From: Candidatus Eiseniibacteriota bacterium
GTDB taxonomy: Bacteria > Eisenbacteria > RBG-16-71-46
Direction: 5' to 3'
Assembly: GCA_031370785.1 (NCBI GenBank)
Contig: JANMQY010000023.1
Location: forward strand, 42,746-106,745
DNA: 64,000 nucleotides
Shown: positions 27,320 to 36,296 of the stretch, in pieces
How positions within the stretch are numbered: the stretch's first letter is position 1
Layout of the letters: each line of letters opens with the position of its first letter
Made by a program: the position numbers and the translations under genes
The notes under the pieces: generated by a model
The model's database searches: none
What the model was told of the DNA's origin: nothing
What the model saw: only the letters and a program-made list of their open reading frames with translations

Positions 27320-29641
27320 TCACTTCTCCCGCATCTGCACCGGCGAGGCGAGCAGCGAGTCGAGCGAGATGATCTGCCCCGCGCGATTCACCTGGCCGAA
27401 GCTCAGCACGCCGGTCGGGCAGGTCTCGACGCACGCCGAGCAGCGCACGCACTCGGGGTCGCGCATCGGGGCGCCCTTGTTCGCGAAACTCATCACGTCG
27501 ATGCCCTGATGGCACGCGGCCGTGCACTGGCTGCACGAGATGCACTTCTTCTTGTCGGCGATGATCGCGAACCGGCTGAAGCGCGCGTAGACGTGCATGA
27601 GGGCGGCGAGCGGGCAGAAGAACCGGCACCACACCCGGCCCGAATACCAGAAGTAGAGACCGTATCCCAGCACGCCGGCGAGGAACACATCGACGCCCCA
27701 CTTGTAGCGCTCCTGGAACACTGAATAGAAGTTGCGCGCGATCCAGTTGTCGTGCGGTCCCGCCCAGCCGATGATGCGCAGCACTAGGAGCACGAGCGCG
27801 ATCGCAAGCACGCCCTGTCCGGCGAGGTTGAGGCGATTCCACTTCGGGCCGTGCGGCATCTTGTGGCGGTGGGTGTCGCCGAGGGTCTCGGCCAGCGCTC
27901 CGCACGAGCAGATCCATCCGCAGTAGACGCCTTTGCCGAAGAACCAGATCCCGAGTGGAATCAGCACGCAGGTCTGCGCGAACCCGATCCCGATCCACCA
28001 CCACAGCGGCTGGTCGGTGAAGATGTTGTAGACGTTCAGCGGCCACGCGAGGATCAGCCCGTAGGCGCGCCAGAACTCGCGGCCATGGCCGTAGCTCACC
28101 ACCGGAAAGAGCGCATCGGCGATCCCGCGCGGCAGCAGCCCGTGATAATTGAGCTGCGGCAGAATGATCTCGGGGATCAGGAACAGCGGGAAGACCTGCA
28201 CCGCCATCAGCGTCAGGGTCTGCGCGGTGACGTAGGGCGTGCGCCGCCGCCTCATGCGCCGGATGCCGAAGATCACGACCAAGGTCGAGTACGCGAGCGT
28301 GTAGTAGAAAGATGGTCCCGCGGCGCTGATCGCAAGCGTGCCGAGCAGCGTGTGCGGATCTCTCGCGGCGGCGGCGACCGTGCCGCCAGCGGCGGCGAGC
28401 AGATCGGGAAGGTTGGCCGGGAACCAGTGGTGCCTTTCCCACAGCTTCCACATCGAGCCGCCCGACTTCCAGTTGTAGAGCCAGGCGCAGAACGTGAGGA
28501 ATGCGACCAGCGCGGTCCAGCGCGCGGGCGTCATCTCGCCGGCGATCGGAAGCTTCGATCGGCGGAAGAACTCGAGCGGAGCTTCGCGCCCGATCATCAC
28601 GAACACGACATCGTTGGGAATGAGCTCGAATGCCTTTCCCGGAAGTCCGACTACGACCTCGCTCGGTGCAATCGAAAGCACCCTGGACTCCATGCGAACT
28701 GTCAGTTGTCCCGGCCGATGGTGACGGGGCCGCGCAGGGTCGGTCGTGCTGGTCACCAGCTCCGAGCTGGGATGCTCGATCACGACGTCGGCCATCGGGT
28801 TCGCCATGAGCGCGAGCAGCATCTCGATATTCTCAGGTCTAGGCCGCGCAAACTCGGGTCCGCGATGGACGATCGTGACCTCGGCGCCCGCCTGAGTGAG
28901 GGCGATCGCAGTCTCGAGCGCCGTATCGCCGCCGCCCACGACCAGCGCGCACTTGCCCGCGAAGTCTTTCGGGTCGTGGAGGCGGTTGTAGACCTTGTCG
29001 AGATCCTCGCCCGGAACCTCGAGCCTGCGAAAGTGGCCGCTGCGCCCGATCGCGACCAGCACGCGCCGCGCGATCAATGGCGCTCCGTCCGCGAGGTGCA
29101 CGCGGAACAGGCCCTCGCCGCGCTCCACCCGTTCCGCGCGCCCGGGGCGGACTTCGATGCCGGCGGCGCGCACCTGCACGCGCAGCTCCTCGACCAGCGT
29201 TTCCTTGACCTCGGCCCTCACCTGAAGATCGCCGGCCGGGACCATTGCCCGCGGGTAGGTGTAGATGGGTTTGCCCTTGGGGAAATTGACGAGCGTGAAG
29301 AACGGCTCGGCGGCTTCGACGACGGCGAACGAAAGGCCATGCCGTCGCGCCTCGACCGCTGCGGCCATGCCGGAGACTCCGGCGCCCACGATCGCCAGGT
29401 CGAGCGTTCCGGCCGGCGCATCTCCGGCGCGCAGCGCCTTGTCCGCGGCCACCGCGAGCGCGACTCGGGCGCCTGAGTCGAGCGAGAACTTGAGTAGCGG
29501 GATGCCGGTGAGATCGCCCGAGATGTAGACGCCGGGCATGCGCGTCGAGCCGCCTCGCCTCACCTCGGGCAGTTTCTCGACGGTTCCGGCGGGCCACCGG
29601 GTGTGCAGCCAGCGCGCGTAGCGGCTCAGCAATCCGGGCAT
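27320..29641 (-). CDS. FAD/NAD(P)H oxidoreductase fused to a NapH/FixG-like membrane 4Fe-4S module
   Basis: GAGVSG, VAIGRSG, VGGGDTALE; TM region with YCGWICSCG and WCRFFCP; CISCSQCTAAC and CVRCSACVETCP ferredoxin motifs. Confidence 0.88.
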   Translation of the reverse strand: MPGLLSRYARWLHTRWPAGTVEKLPEVRRGGSTRMPGVYISGDLTGIPLLKFSLDSGARVALAVAADKALRAGDAPAGTLDLAIVGAGVSGMAAAVEARRHGLSFAVVEAAEPFFTLVNFPKGKPIYTYPRAMVPAGDLQVRAEVKETLVEELRVQVRAAGIEVRPGRAERVERGEGLFRVHLADGAPLIARRVLVAIGRSGHFRRLEVPGEDLDKVYNRLHDPKDFAGKCALVVGGGDTALETAIALTQAGAEVTIVHRGPEFARPRPENIEMLLALMANPMADVVIEHPSSELVTSTTDPARPRHHRPGQLTVRMESRVLSIAPSEVVVGLPGKAFELIPNDVVFVMIGREAPLEFFRRSKLPIAGEMTPARWTALVAFLTFCAWLYNWKSGGSMWKLWERHHWFPANLPDLLAAAGGTVAAAARDPHTLLGTLAISAAGPSFYYTLAYSTLVVIFGIRRMRRRRTPYVTAQTLTLMAVQVFPLFLIPEIILPQLNYHGLLPRGIADALFPVVSYGHGREFWRAYGLILAWPLNVYNIFTDQPLWWWIGIGFAQTCVLIPLGIWFFGKGVYCGWICSCGALAETLGDTHRHKMPHGPKWNRLNLAGQGVLAIALVLLVLRIIGWAGPHDNWIARNFYSVFQERYKWGVDVFLAGVLGYGLYFWYSGRVWCRFFCPLAALMHVYARFSRFAIIADKKKCISCSQCTAACHQGIDVMSFANKGAPMRDPECVRCSACVETCPTGVLSFGQVNRAGQIISLDSLLASPVQMREK

Positions 29642-29786
29642 CGATGCCTCAGGGGAGAACGCACGTCGGACGCGTCAATCTGTCATGCGGCGCACCCAAG
29701 TGGCAACGTCCGAAACATGCGCCGGCGCTCATGCTATCTTTCGCGCGCCGCGCGCCCGCTCGAGGGAGTGCCGGCAAGGGGGGCCG

Positions 29787-30788
29787 GTGGGAGAGAGCCG
29801 CGGACGAAGGTGGATGGGGTGGTGCGCGATCGCGCTCGCGATAGCGCTCGGCGGATGCGGCCGTGGCCCGGCCGGCGTCGGCGGCAGCGGCACGATCGAG
29901 ATGGATCAGGTGGATGTCTCTTCCCTGGTCGGCGGGCGCATCTCGAGCATGCGCGTCAGCGAAGGCGACACGGTGCAGGTGGATGACACGCTCGCGACTC
30001 TGGACCGGGGCGAGGTGGTGGCTTCGCTCAGGGCGCAGGCGGCCGAGGCCGCCCGCATGCAATCGCTCTGGCGCGATCAGGAGAGTGGAACCCGCCTGAG
30101 CGAGCTTCGCGCCGCCGAGGCCGAGCTCGACGCCGCGAAATCCGCGCTCGAGTTTGCCGAGGCCGAGTTCAAGCGCACCGAAGTTCTGGCGCGCGACCAC
30201 GTGGTCGCGGCCGCCGAGCTGGACCGGGCGCGCGCCACGCGCGATTCTGCGCGAGCCCGCCGCGACGCGGCTGCCGAGAAGGTGTCGATGCTGAGCACCG
30301 GATCGAGGCGGTATCAGATCGATGCCGCGCGCGAGGCCGCGCTCGCCGCTCAGGCCCGTTTCGCGGGCGCGAAGAGCAACTCGCGTGAGCTGGTGCTGAC
30401 CGCGCCGATCTCTGGCGTGGTGCTGCTGCGAAACGCCGAGGCGGGAGAGGTCGTGGGCCCTGGCGTGCCTCTCGTGACGCTGGGGAATCCGGACCGGCTC
30501 TGGGTGCGGGTGTACGTCGCGGCGCCCCAGATCGGCAAGGTGCGCCTCGGCGCTCCGACCGAGGTGCGTGCCACCGGGTTTGGCTCGCGCAAGTTCACCG
30601 GGCACGTGGTCGAGATCGCGAGCCGCGCCGAGTTCACACCGCGCGCCGCACTCACCGAGGACGAGCGCGCGAACCTCGTGTTCGGCGTCAAGATCGCGCT
30701 CGATCCGACCGGCGGCGCGCTCAAGCCCGGGCTCCCCGCCGACGCGCGCATCCTGGTTTCGGCGGATGGCGACCGAGCAAGCCGATGA
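29787..30788 (+). CDS. HlyD family efflux periplasmic adaptor
   Basis: LALGGC lipobox; SGTIE..VSSLVGGRI, LTAPISGVV, AEFTPR, LKPGLPADA; start uncertain. Confidence 0.9.
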   Translation: MGESRGRRWMGWCAIALAIALGGCGRGPAGVGGSGTIEMDQVDVSSLVGGRISSMRVSEGDTVQVDDTLATLDRGEVVASLRAQAAEAARMQSLWRDQESGTRLSELRAAEAELDAAKSALEFAEAEFKRTEVLARDHVVAAAELDRARATRDSARARRDAAAEKVSMLSTGSRRYQIDAAREAALAAQARFAGAKSNSRELVLTAPISGVVLLRNAEAGEVVGPGVPLVTLGNPDRLWVRVYVAAPQIGKVRLGAPTEVRATGFGSRKFTGHVVEIASRAEFTPRAALTEDERANLVFGVKIALDPTGGALKPGLPADARILVSADGDRASR

Positions 30789-31591
30789 TCCGGCCGGCGG
30801 ACGAGTCCACGGGAGCCGGGCTCACCGGAGCCGGGCCCACGGCGTCCGCGCCTTCGCTGCCGGCTTCGCGGGTCGTGGTGGTGCGTGATCTGGCCAAGAA
30901 CTTCGGCGCGGTCAAAGCCGTCGATGGCGTGAGCTTCGACATCCGCCCCGGCGAGATCTTCGGCATCCTCGGTCCCAACGGCTCGGGCAAGACCACGCTG
31001 ATCCGCATGCTGTGCGGCTTAATCACTCCCGCGGCGGGCGCGCTCGAGGTGGCGGGTGTCGACGTGGTTGCCGATCCCGATCGGGTCAAGACCCGGATCG
31101 GCTACATGTCGCAGGCGTTCGGGCTCTACACCGACTTGACCGTGCTCGAGAACCTTCGCTTCTACGCCGGAGTCTACGAGCTGGGCGATGGCTGGCGGGA
31201 TCGGGCCGAGTGGGCGCTGGCGGCGATGCGCCTGACACCGCTGCGCGACCGGCTGGCCGGCGTGCTCTCGGGCGGCAACCAGCGCCGGCTCGCGCTCGGC
31301 TGCGCGCTGCTGCACGGGCCGCCCGTACTGTTTCTCGATGAGCCGACCGCGGGGGTCGATCCCGCGGCGCGCCGCCTGTTCTGGCAGATCATTCGCGAGC
31401 GCTCCGCCGAGGGCACGACCATCATCGTGACCACGCACTACATGGACGAAGCTGAGCGCTTCGACCGGCTCGCGTTCCTCTCGAACGGGCACCTGATGGC
31501 GGTGGGCACCCCGGCCGAGGTGAAGACCAGCTTCGGGACCGGGATGTCGCTCGAAGACATCTTCGTCGCGCTTCAGGAGAAGGGCGTGTGA
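30785..31591 (+). CDS. ABC transporter ATP-binding protein (YbhF-like)
   Basis: GPNGSGKTT, IGYMSQAF, LSGG, LDEPTAGVDP, TTHYMDEAE. Confidence 0.95.
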   Translation: MIRPADESTGAGLTGAGPTASAPSLPASRVVVVRDLAKNFGAVKAVDGVSFDIRPGEIFGILGPNGSGKTTLIRMLCGLITPAAGALEVAGVDVVADPDRVKTRIGYMSQAFGLYTDLTVLENLRFYAGVYELGDGWRDRAEWALAAMRLTPLRDRLAGVLSGGNQRRLALGCALLHGPPVLFLDEPTAGVDPAARRLFWQIIRERSAEGTTIIVTTHYMDEAERFDRLAFLSNGHLMAVGTPAEVKTSFGTGMSLEDIFVALQEKGV

Positions 31592-32715
31592 AGGCGCACC
31601 GGCTGCGCGCCATCTTCTGGAAGGAGTTCATCCAGATGCGGCGCGACCGCGGCACGCTCGGGCTGCTGCTGGTCATCCCGATGGTCCAGGTGCTGCTGTT
31701 CGGCTACGCGATCCGCATGGACGTTCGCAACCTGCGCACCGCCGTGCTCGACGGCAGCCGCACCGCCGAGAGCCGCGAGCTGGCGCAGAAGCTGGAGGCC
31801 ACGAAGAACTTCCGCATCGTGAGCCACGTCGAGAGCTACGAGCAGGCAATCGAGTTGCTCGATCGCGGCTGGGTGCGCGCCGCCTTCGTGATCCCTCCCG
31901 AATACGCGCGGAACTTGAAGCGCGGGCGCCCGGTCGCGGTGCAGGTGCTGGTGGACGCGACCGATCCGACCGCGAGCCAGAATGCGATCGCCGCGGCGCA
32001 GATGGTCGGCCAGCAGGTCAACCTGGGGCTGATCGCGGGGCGCCTCGGCATCGACGCGACGCGGGGCACCCCGCCGCTCGAGGTGCGCGTGCTCCCGCTC
32101 TACAATCCCGCGCTGCGCAGCGCCATGTTCATCGTGCCGGGCATCATCGGCATGATCCTGTCGCTGACGCTCATGATCGTCACCTCGATGGCGATCGTGC
32201 GCGAGCGCGAGCGCGGGACTCTGGAGCAGCTGATCGTGACCCCGCTCACGCGCGGCGAGATCATGCTCGGAAAGATCGCCCCCTACGTGCTGGTCGGTTA
32301 CGTCCAGATGACCGCGGTGCTCCTGATCGGGCGTCTGGTGTTCAATGTCCCGATCCGCGGCAGCCTGTGGCTGATCTACGCCGAGAGCATGCTGTTCATC
32401 ATCGGCAATCTCGGCCTGGGGCTCTTCATCTCGACACTGGCGCGCACCCAGGCCCAGGCGATGCAGGTCTCGTATTTCTTCGTCATGCCCAACATCCTGC
32501 TCTCGGGATTCATGTTCCCGCGCGAAGGCATGCCGATCATTCCCCGTGAGATCGGGCTGGTATTCCCGCTGACCTACTATCTGCAGGTGCTGCGTGGCAT
32601 CGTGCTCAAGGGCGTCGGGTTGAGGGAGCTGTGGCCCCAGACCCTGGCGCTGGTCGGATTCGCACTGCTCTACTTCACGTTCAGCGTGAGCCGCTTCCGC
32701 AAGAGTCTCGAGTAG
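31588..32715 (+). CDS. ABC-2 type permease (YbhS/YbhR-like)
   Basis: KEFIQMRRD, IVRERERGTLEQL, LLSGFMFP. Confidence 0.93.
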   Translation: MKAHRLRAIFWKEFIQMRRDRGTLGLLLVIPMVQVLLFGYAIRMDVRNLRTAVLDGSRTAESRELAQKLEATKNFRIVSHVESYEQAIELLDRGWVRAAFVIPPEYARNLKRGRPVAVQVLVDATDPTASQNAIAAAQMVGQQVNLGLIAGRLGIDATRGTPPLEVRVLPLYNPALRSAMFIVPGIIGMILSLTLMIVTSMAIVRERERGTLEQLIVTPLTRGEIMLGKIAPYVLVGYVQMTAVLLIGRLVFNVPIRGSLWLIYAESMLFIIGNLGLGLFISTLARTQAQAMQVSYFFVMPNILLSGFMFPREGMPIIPREIGLVFPLTYYLQVLRGIVLKGVGLRELWPQTLALVGFALLYFTFSVSRFRKSLE

Positions 32716-32910
32716 CCAGTCCGAGTCGAATCGAGCAGGAAATCCTTGGATTTCCGGGCGATCAGAAAACCCGCTGGACTTGCCGACCGGTTTTGATAGG
32801 TTTTCCGCCGAATCCCCTCGGGTGTTCCTGAGGGAGGGGATCGCCTCCCGGCGGTTCGCCGTCGGCCGAGGCCGCAAAGGGATGCGCTACGAACCCAAGG
32901 AGGGATTCAA

Positions 32911-33045
32911 GTGAGCGAAGAAAAGAAGGACAACCAGGTCGAACTGTACAAGGCATACTCGGTGAAAGAGATTCTCGAGCGCCGCGAGATGTTTGGCTTC
33001 TCGAACAGCTTCGACAGCCTGAGCGGCGGCTCGTCCAAGACCTAG
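32911..33045 (+). CDS. 44-aa peptide, candidate RiPP precursor (absent from the ORF track)
   Basis: AAGGAGG RBS then GTG; MSEEKKDNQVELYKAYSVKEILERREMFGFSNSFDSLSGGSSKT*; charged N-terminal part and Ser/Gly/Phe-rich C-terminal part. Confidence 0.75.
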   Translation: MSEEKKDNQVELYKAYSVKEILERREMFGFSNSFDSLSGGSSKT

Positions 33046-33057
33046 GCCGGGCTCCGG

Positions 33058-33080
33058 TGCTCCGCCGGAATGGCGGGGCA
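33058..33080 (+). other. Stem-loop between the peptide and acyltransferase genes
   Basis: TGCTCCGCC-GGAAT-GGCGGGGCA with no U-tract. Confidence 0.5.
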
Positions 33081-33151
33081 GTGGCTTCCAATCGGCGGAA
33101 GGGATTGAGAACTCCCTTCCGCCGAGCCGTTTCAGGATCTCGCAAGACCCC

Positions 33152-34357
33152 ATGCGCCTCCTCGATCTCACGCTGAACGCGCGTAGTGCGCTGCTGACGA
33201 CGTACGCCCGGTTCCGCCTGCGTAACGGCTTCGACCATGTTGCGCCGTGGCTGAACCTCGTGCCCATCACACTGACTTCGGCCTATGGCGAGAGCCTGTC
33301 CTCGACCGATGCGCTGGCGCTGGCCAGGCGCTGCCTGATCTACCGAATGCTGATCAAGCTCGACCACGACGACCTCGAACGCGGAGGTCGCGTGCACGAG
33401 CTGGTCAACACCGGGCCCCTGCTCGAGACCTACGCGCGCGGCCGGGGCGTGGTGGTGTGCTCGATGCACCTCGGGCCCTACTACTACGTGGGGCTCGAGC
33501 TCGGCGGGCTCGGCCTCACCACCACCACCGTCGCCGCCGACGGAATCCGCGACGAGAAGGGGATTCGGTGGAGCCGCGCCCTCGCAAAAATGCCGGGTCC
33601 GGTCGAGACACTGCCCGCACGCGGGGCGCCGACGCTGATTCGCATGCTGCGCGCGCTCAAGCGCGGGAACGCAGTCGCCGTGTACATGGACGGCCAGACC
33701 GGCGTCGGCGGCCCGGCCGCGGGACAGCATCACAGCGTGGTGATCCCCATGCTCGGAATGGAAATGCGCCTGCGCGCGGGACCCGCATTCCTCGCTCAGA
33801 AGGCGCAGGCTCCGGTCGTGCTCGCGGTCGCCCATCGCACGCCGGCCGGACGCCGCGTGATCGAGTTCTCCGACGTGTTCGATCCGCCGGCCGGCGATGA
33901 TCACGAGGCGCGCGCCGAGCTGATGCATCGCATGGCGCCGTGGTTCGAAGAGCGCGTCCGGCGCCACCCCGAGCAGTGGGGCGGCTGGTTCGTCCCCGTG
34001 CTCACCTGGGCCGAGACCGGGACCGCACCCGCGGTCTCGCGCGAGTCGTTCGATCGCGAGTTCGAGCGCGTGCGCGCGCTGGTCGCGGACACCGGCGGCC
34101 AAGCGCGGCTGACCGCGGACCGTGCGCGGGTCGCGGTCTACGAGCATCTCGGCGAACAGGTGATCGTCGAGGCCACCAAGAAGCGCATCCTCGCCGCCAC
34201 GCCGCTCGGCTGCGGGGTATTGCGCGCGGCGTTTCGCGGCGTGCGCATGAACCGGCTGCCGCGCCTGTTCCCGGATGGCGCGGACGCGCTGAGTCTCGAG
34301 GTCACGCGCATGGTGCTCGCCGGGCTCGCGCGTATCGAAGGTGACGCGCGCGCGTGA
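33152..34357 (+). CDS. LPLAT/LpxL-family acyltransferase with ~110-aa C-terminal extension
   Basis: CSMHLGPY, VYMDGQTG, GPAFLAQKAQAPVV, EERVRRHPEQW; no N-terminal TM anchor; extra beta-beta-beta-alpha tail. Confidence 0.8.
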   Translation: MRLLDLTLNARSALLTTYARFRLRNGFDHVAPWLNLVPITLTSAYGESLSSTDALALARRCLIYRMLIKLDHDDLERGGRVHELVNTGPLLETYARGRGVVVCSMHLGPYYYVGLELGGLGLTTTTVAADGIRDEKGIRWSRALAKMPGPVETLPARGAPTLIRMLRALKRGNAVAVYMDGQTGVGGPAAGQHHSVVIPMLGMEMRLRAGPAFLAQKAQAPVVLAVAHRTPAGRRVIEFSDVFDPPAGDDHEARAELMHRMAPWFEERVRRHPEQWGGWFVPVLTWAETGTAPAVSRESFDREFERVRALVADTGGQARLTADRARVAVYEHLGEQVIVEATKKRILAATPLGCGVLRAAFRGVRMNRLPRLFPDGADALSLEVTRMVLAGLARIEGDARA

Positions 34358-34501
34358 GTGGCGCGACCCCGCGGCCAGCGCTGCGCCCGAGTCGCGGGCG
34401 ACTCGGTAACCAGCGCATGGCCCGCGCTCGCGGTGTTGCTCCTGCTGGTGCTGCTCTACGCGCCCTTCGGCACCAACCCGTTCATCTGTTTCCAATTCTG
34501 A
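34358..34501 (+). CDS. 47-aa single-TM peptide ending NPFICFQF (DltX/AlgI-tail-like; possibly a remnant)
   Basis: GTG immediately after the TGA in the same frame; MARPRGQRCARVAGDSVTSAWPALAVLLLLVLLYAPFGTNPFICFQF*. Confidence 0.45.
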   Translation: MARPRGQRCARVAGDSVTSAWPALAVLLLLVLLYAPFGTNPFICFQF

Positions 34502-34600
34502 TCGGACGGTTGCCATTCGGCAGGCGCCCGACCCCAGCGCACGGGCGGCTGCCCGATCGCGGGCCTTTCATTGAGTGGCGCGATGAGTCATCGTGCTCCC

Positions 34601-35143
34601 ATGAATCCGAGCCTCACCGACAGGCTGTGCACGCAGTGCGGCCTGTGCTGCGACGGTTCGCTGTTCGCCGACGTCGAGCTGTCGAGCCAGGCGGAAGCAA
34701 CCCGCGTCGAGCTCATGGGCTTGAGGATCGACGACGACGCGGACGCCAGGCTGATGTTGCTGCCGTGCGCGGCGCTGAAAGGGACGCGGTGCAGCGTCTA
34801 CGCGCACCGTCCCGAGTGTTGCCGAACCTTCGAGTGCCGATTGCTGCAGGACACGCGACGCGGCACGGTGAGCGTGGAGCAGGCCGAGGAGCATATCGCC
34901 GAAGCACTCGGGCGGATTCGGCGCGTGAAGGACCTGCTCGCGCTGCTCGGCCAGCGCGACGCGCGACTGCCGCTCAAAGAGCGGTGCGCCGAAGCGCTCG
35001 CGAGACCGGCTGCTGCGGGTCCCGAGGCGAAGCGGAATCGCGCAGCGCTCGAAGCGGAGATGTCCGAGGTGGAGGCGCTGCTCCAGAAACGATTCCTTCA
35101 GCCGGAAAGTGATGTTCGTGTCCCCGCAAGTCGCTGCCCATGA
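34601..35143 (+). CDS. YkgJ family cysteine-cluster protein
   Basis: CTQCGLCC, PCAAL..RCSVYAHRPECCRTFEC. Confidence 0.88.
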   Translation: MNPSLTDRLCTQCGLCCDGSLFADVELSSQAEATRVELMGLRIDDDADARLMLLPCAALKGTRCSVYAHRPECCRTFECRLLQDTRRGTVSVEQAEEHIAEALGRIRRVKDLLALLGQRDARLPLKERCAEALARPAAAGPEAKRNRAALEAEMSEVEALLQKRFLQPESDVRVPASRCP

Positions 35144-35180
35144 AGCGAGACCCATCGTCACTTCATGAACTGGCCGAGGT

Positions 35181-36296
35181 TCAGGAAGTTTCCTTCCGCC
35201 AGTAGCGCGCGCCGTCGCCGGTGCGATCGAGGTAGCCGAAGTCGCACAGCGCGCGGCGGAGCAAAGCCCAGTCGCCGAACGTGTGCGATCGGTTCAGCAT
35301 CTCGTTGACCTCGCGCTCGGAATAGAACTGCCCGGGCGTGAAGTGCGCAGCCATAAGCTCCAGCGCCTCAGTCTGATCACGGCGTTTCGTCGGCCATTGG
35401 GTGAGGCGTCCCTCGGCATCCAGAAACCGGCCGGCGAGAGAAGCCCGCTTGCGAGCAGGCTGAAGGACGAGCGCCATTTCGCGCTGGCGATGAGCCACGC
35501 CGAAGCCAAGCGCCTCGAACGCACGCGCTGCCGGATCGTCCGGCGCAAGGTTGACGAGGCCGGCCGCTGAAGTCGGATCGACGCGAAGGACTGCGCCGAG
35601 CACGGCGTCGATCGCGTCGACCGGCGCTCCTGCGGCACTCCCGATGTCGAAGATCTGCAGCTTTCCCGGATCGGCCCGATAGATCGCGCACGCCGTGATC
35701 GCGCCGCCCTGCATCACGGCCAGCGCGCGCAGTGGACCCGCAAGCCGCTCGAGCGAGCGCAGATCGCGCTGCCACGGCGACCGGACCGGATGAAGGCCCG
35801 CATGCGCCGCGAACGCCTCGCTCACCGGCAGGTCGTCCACGCGAAACGCGGAGGGAAGGGGAGCCGGTGCGGCCGCGCGGATCCACACGTCGAGTGGACG
35901 TGTGTCGCGGAACCCCAGCGCTTCATAGATGCGAAACGCCGGCGAGTTCTGGACCAGCACTTCAAGATCGACCTGGGTGACGCCCGCGCCGCGCGCTTCG
36001 GCAAGCACAGCCTCCATCACGGCCCGGCCGTGGCCGGCGCCACGCGCCTCGGGCACGACGCCCATGCCGCCGATCCAGCCGCGCGTGCCCCGCACACCCA
36101 GCATCGCGATCGCGACCGGCCTGCCGTCCGCGACCACCACGCGAGAGCGCTCCAGATCCAGGTTCCACGCGTTGATCATGCGCGCATAGGTCGCGGCGTC
36201 GAACGACACCGGCACGTAGTAGGCTTCGTAACAGCGCGTGACGAGTGCGCTCAGGTCTTCGATCGAGAGGCTCGCGGCGGGTTTCAGGGTAGGCAT
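35181..36296 (-). CDS. Tandem GNAT acetyltransferase fused to DUF2087
   Basis: IGGMGVVPEARGAGHG, LEVLVQN..AFRIYEALGF; C-terminal YSEREVN..L..FGDWALLRRAL.D.GYL.R..DG..YW. Confidence 0.82.
   Translation of the reverse strand: MPTLKPAASLSIEDLSALVTRCYEAYYVPVSFDAATYARMINAWNLDLERSRVVVADGRPVAIAMLGVRGTRGWIGGMGVVPEARGAGHGRAVMEAVLAEARGAGVTQVDLEVLVQNSPAFRIYEALGFRDTRPLDVWIRAAAPAPLPSAFRVDDLPVSEAFAAHAGLHPVRSPWQRDLRSLERLAGPLRALAVMQGGAITACAIYRADPGKLQIFDIGSAAGAPVDAIDAVLGAVLRVDPTSAAGLVNLAPDDPAARAFEALGFGVAHRQREMALVLQPARKRASLAGRFLDAEGRLTQWPTKRRDQTEALELMAAHFTPGQFYSEREVNEMLNRSHTFGDWALLRRALCDFGYLDRTGDGARYWRKETS

Noticed and set aside
32800..32900. c-di-AMP (ydaO) riboswitch suggested by CCGCCGAATCC and nested stems
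   Set aside because: The downstream conserved ydaO elements are absent; at most a generic structured leader.
33152..34357. Calling the gene lpxL/htrB
   Set aside because: Motifs are divergent, the TM anchor is missing, there is an extra C-terminal domain and no LPS context; symbol withheld.
34355..34410. Selenocysteine readthrough (TGA, open frame, hairpin)
   Set aside because: The hairpin starts ~30 nt after the TGA and the position is not a plausible catalytic Cys site.
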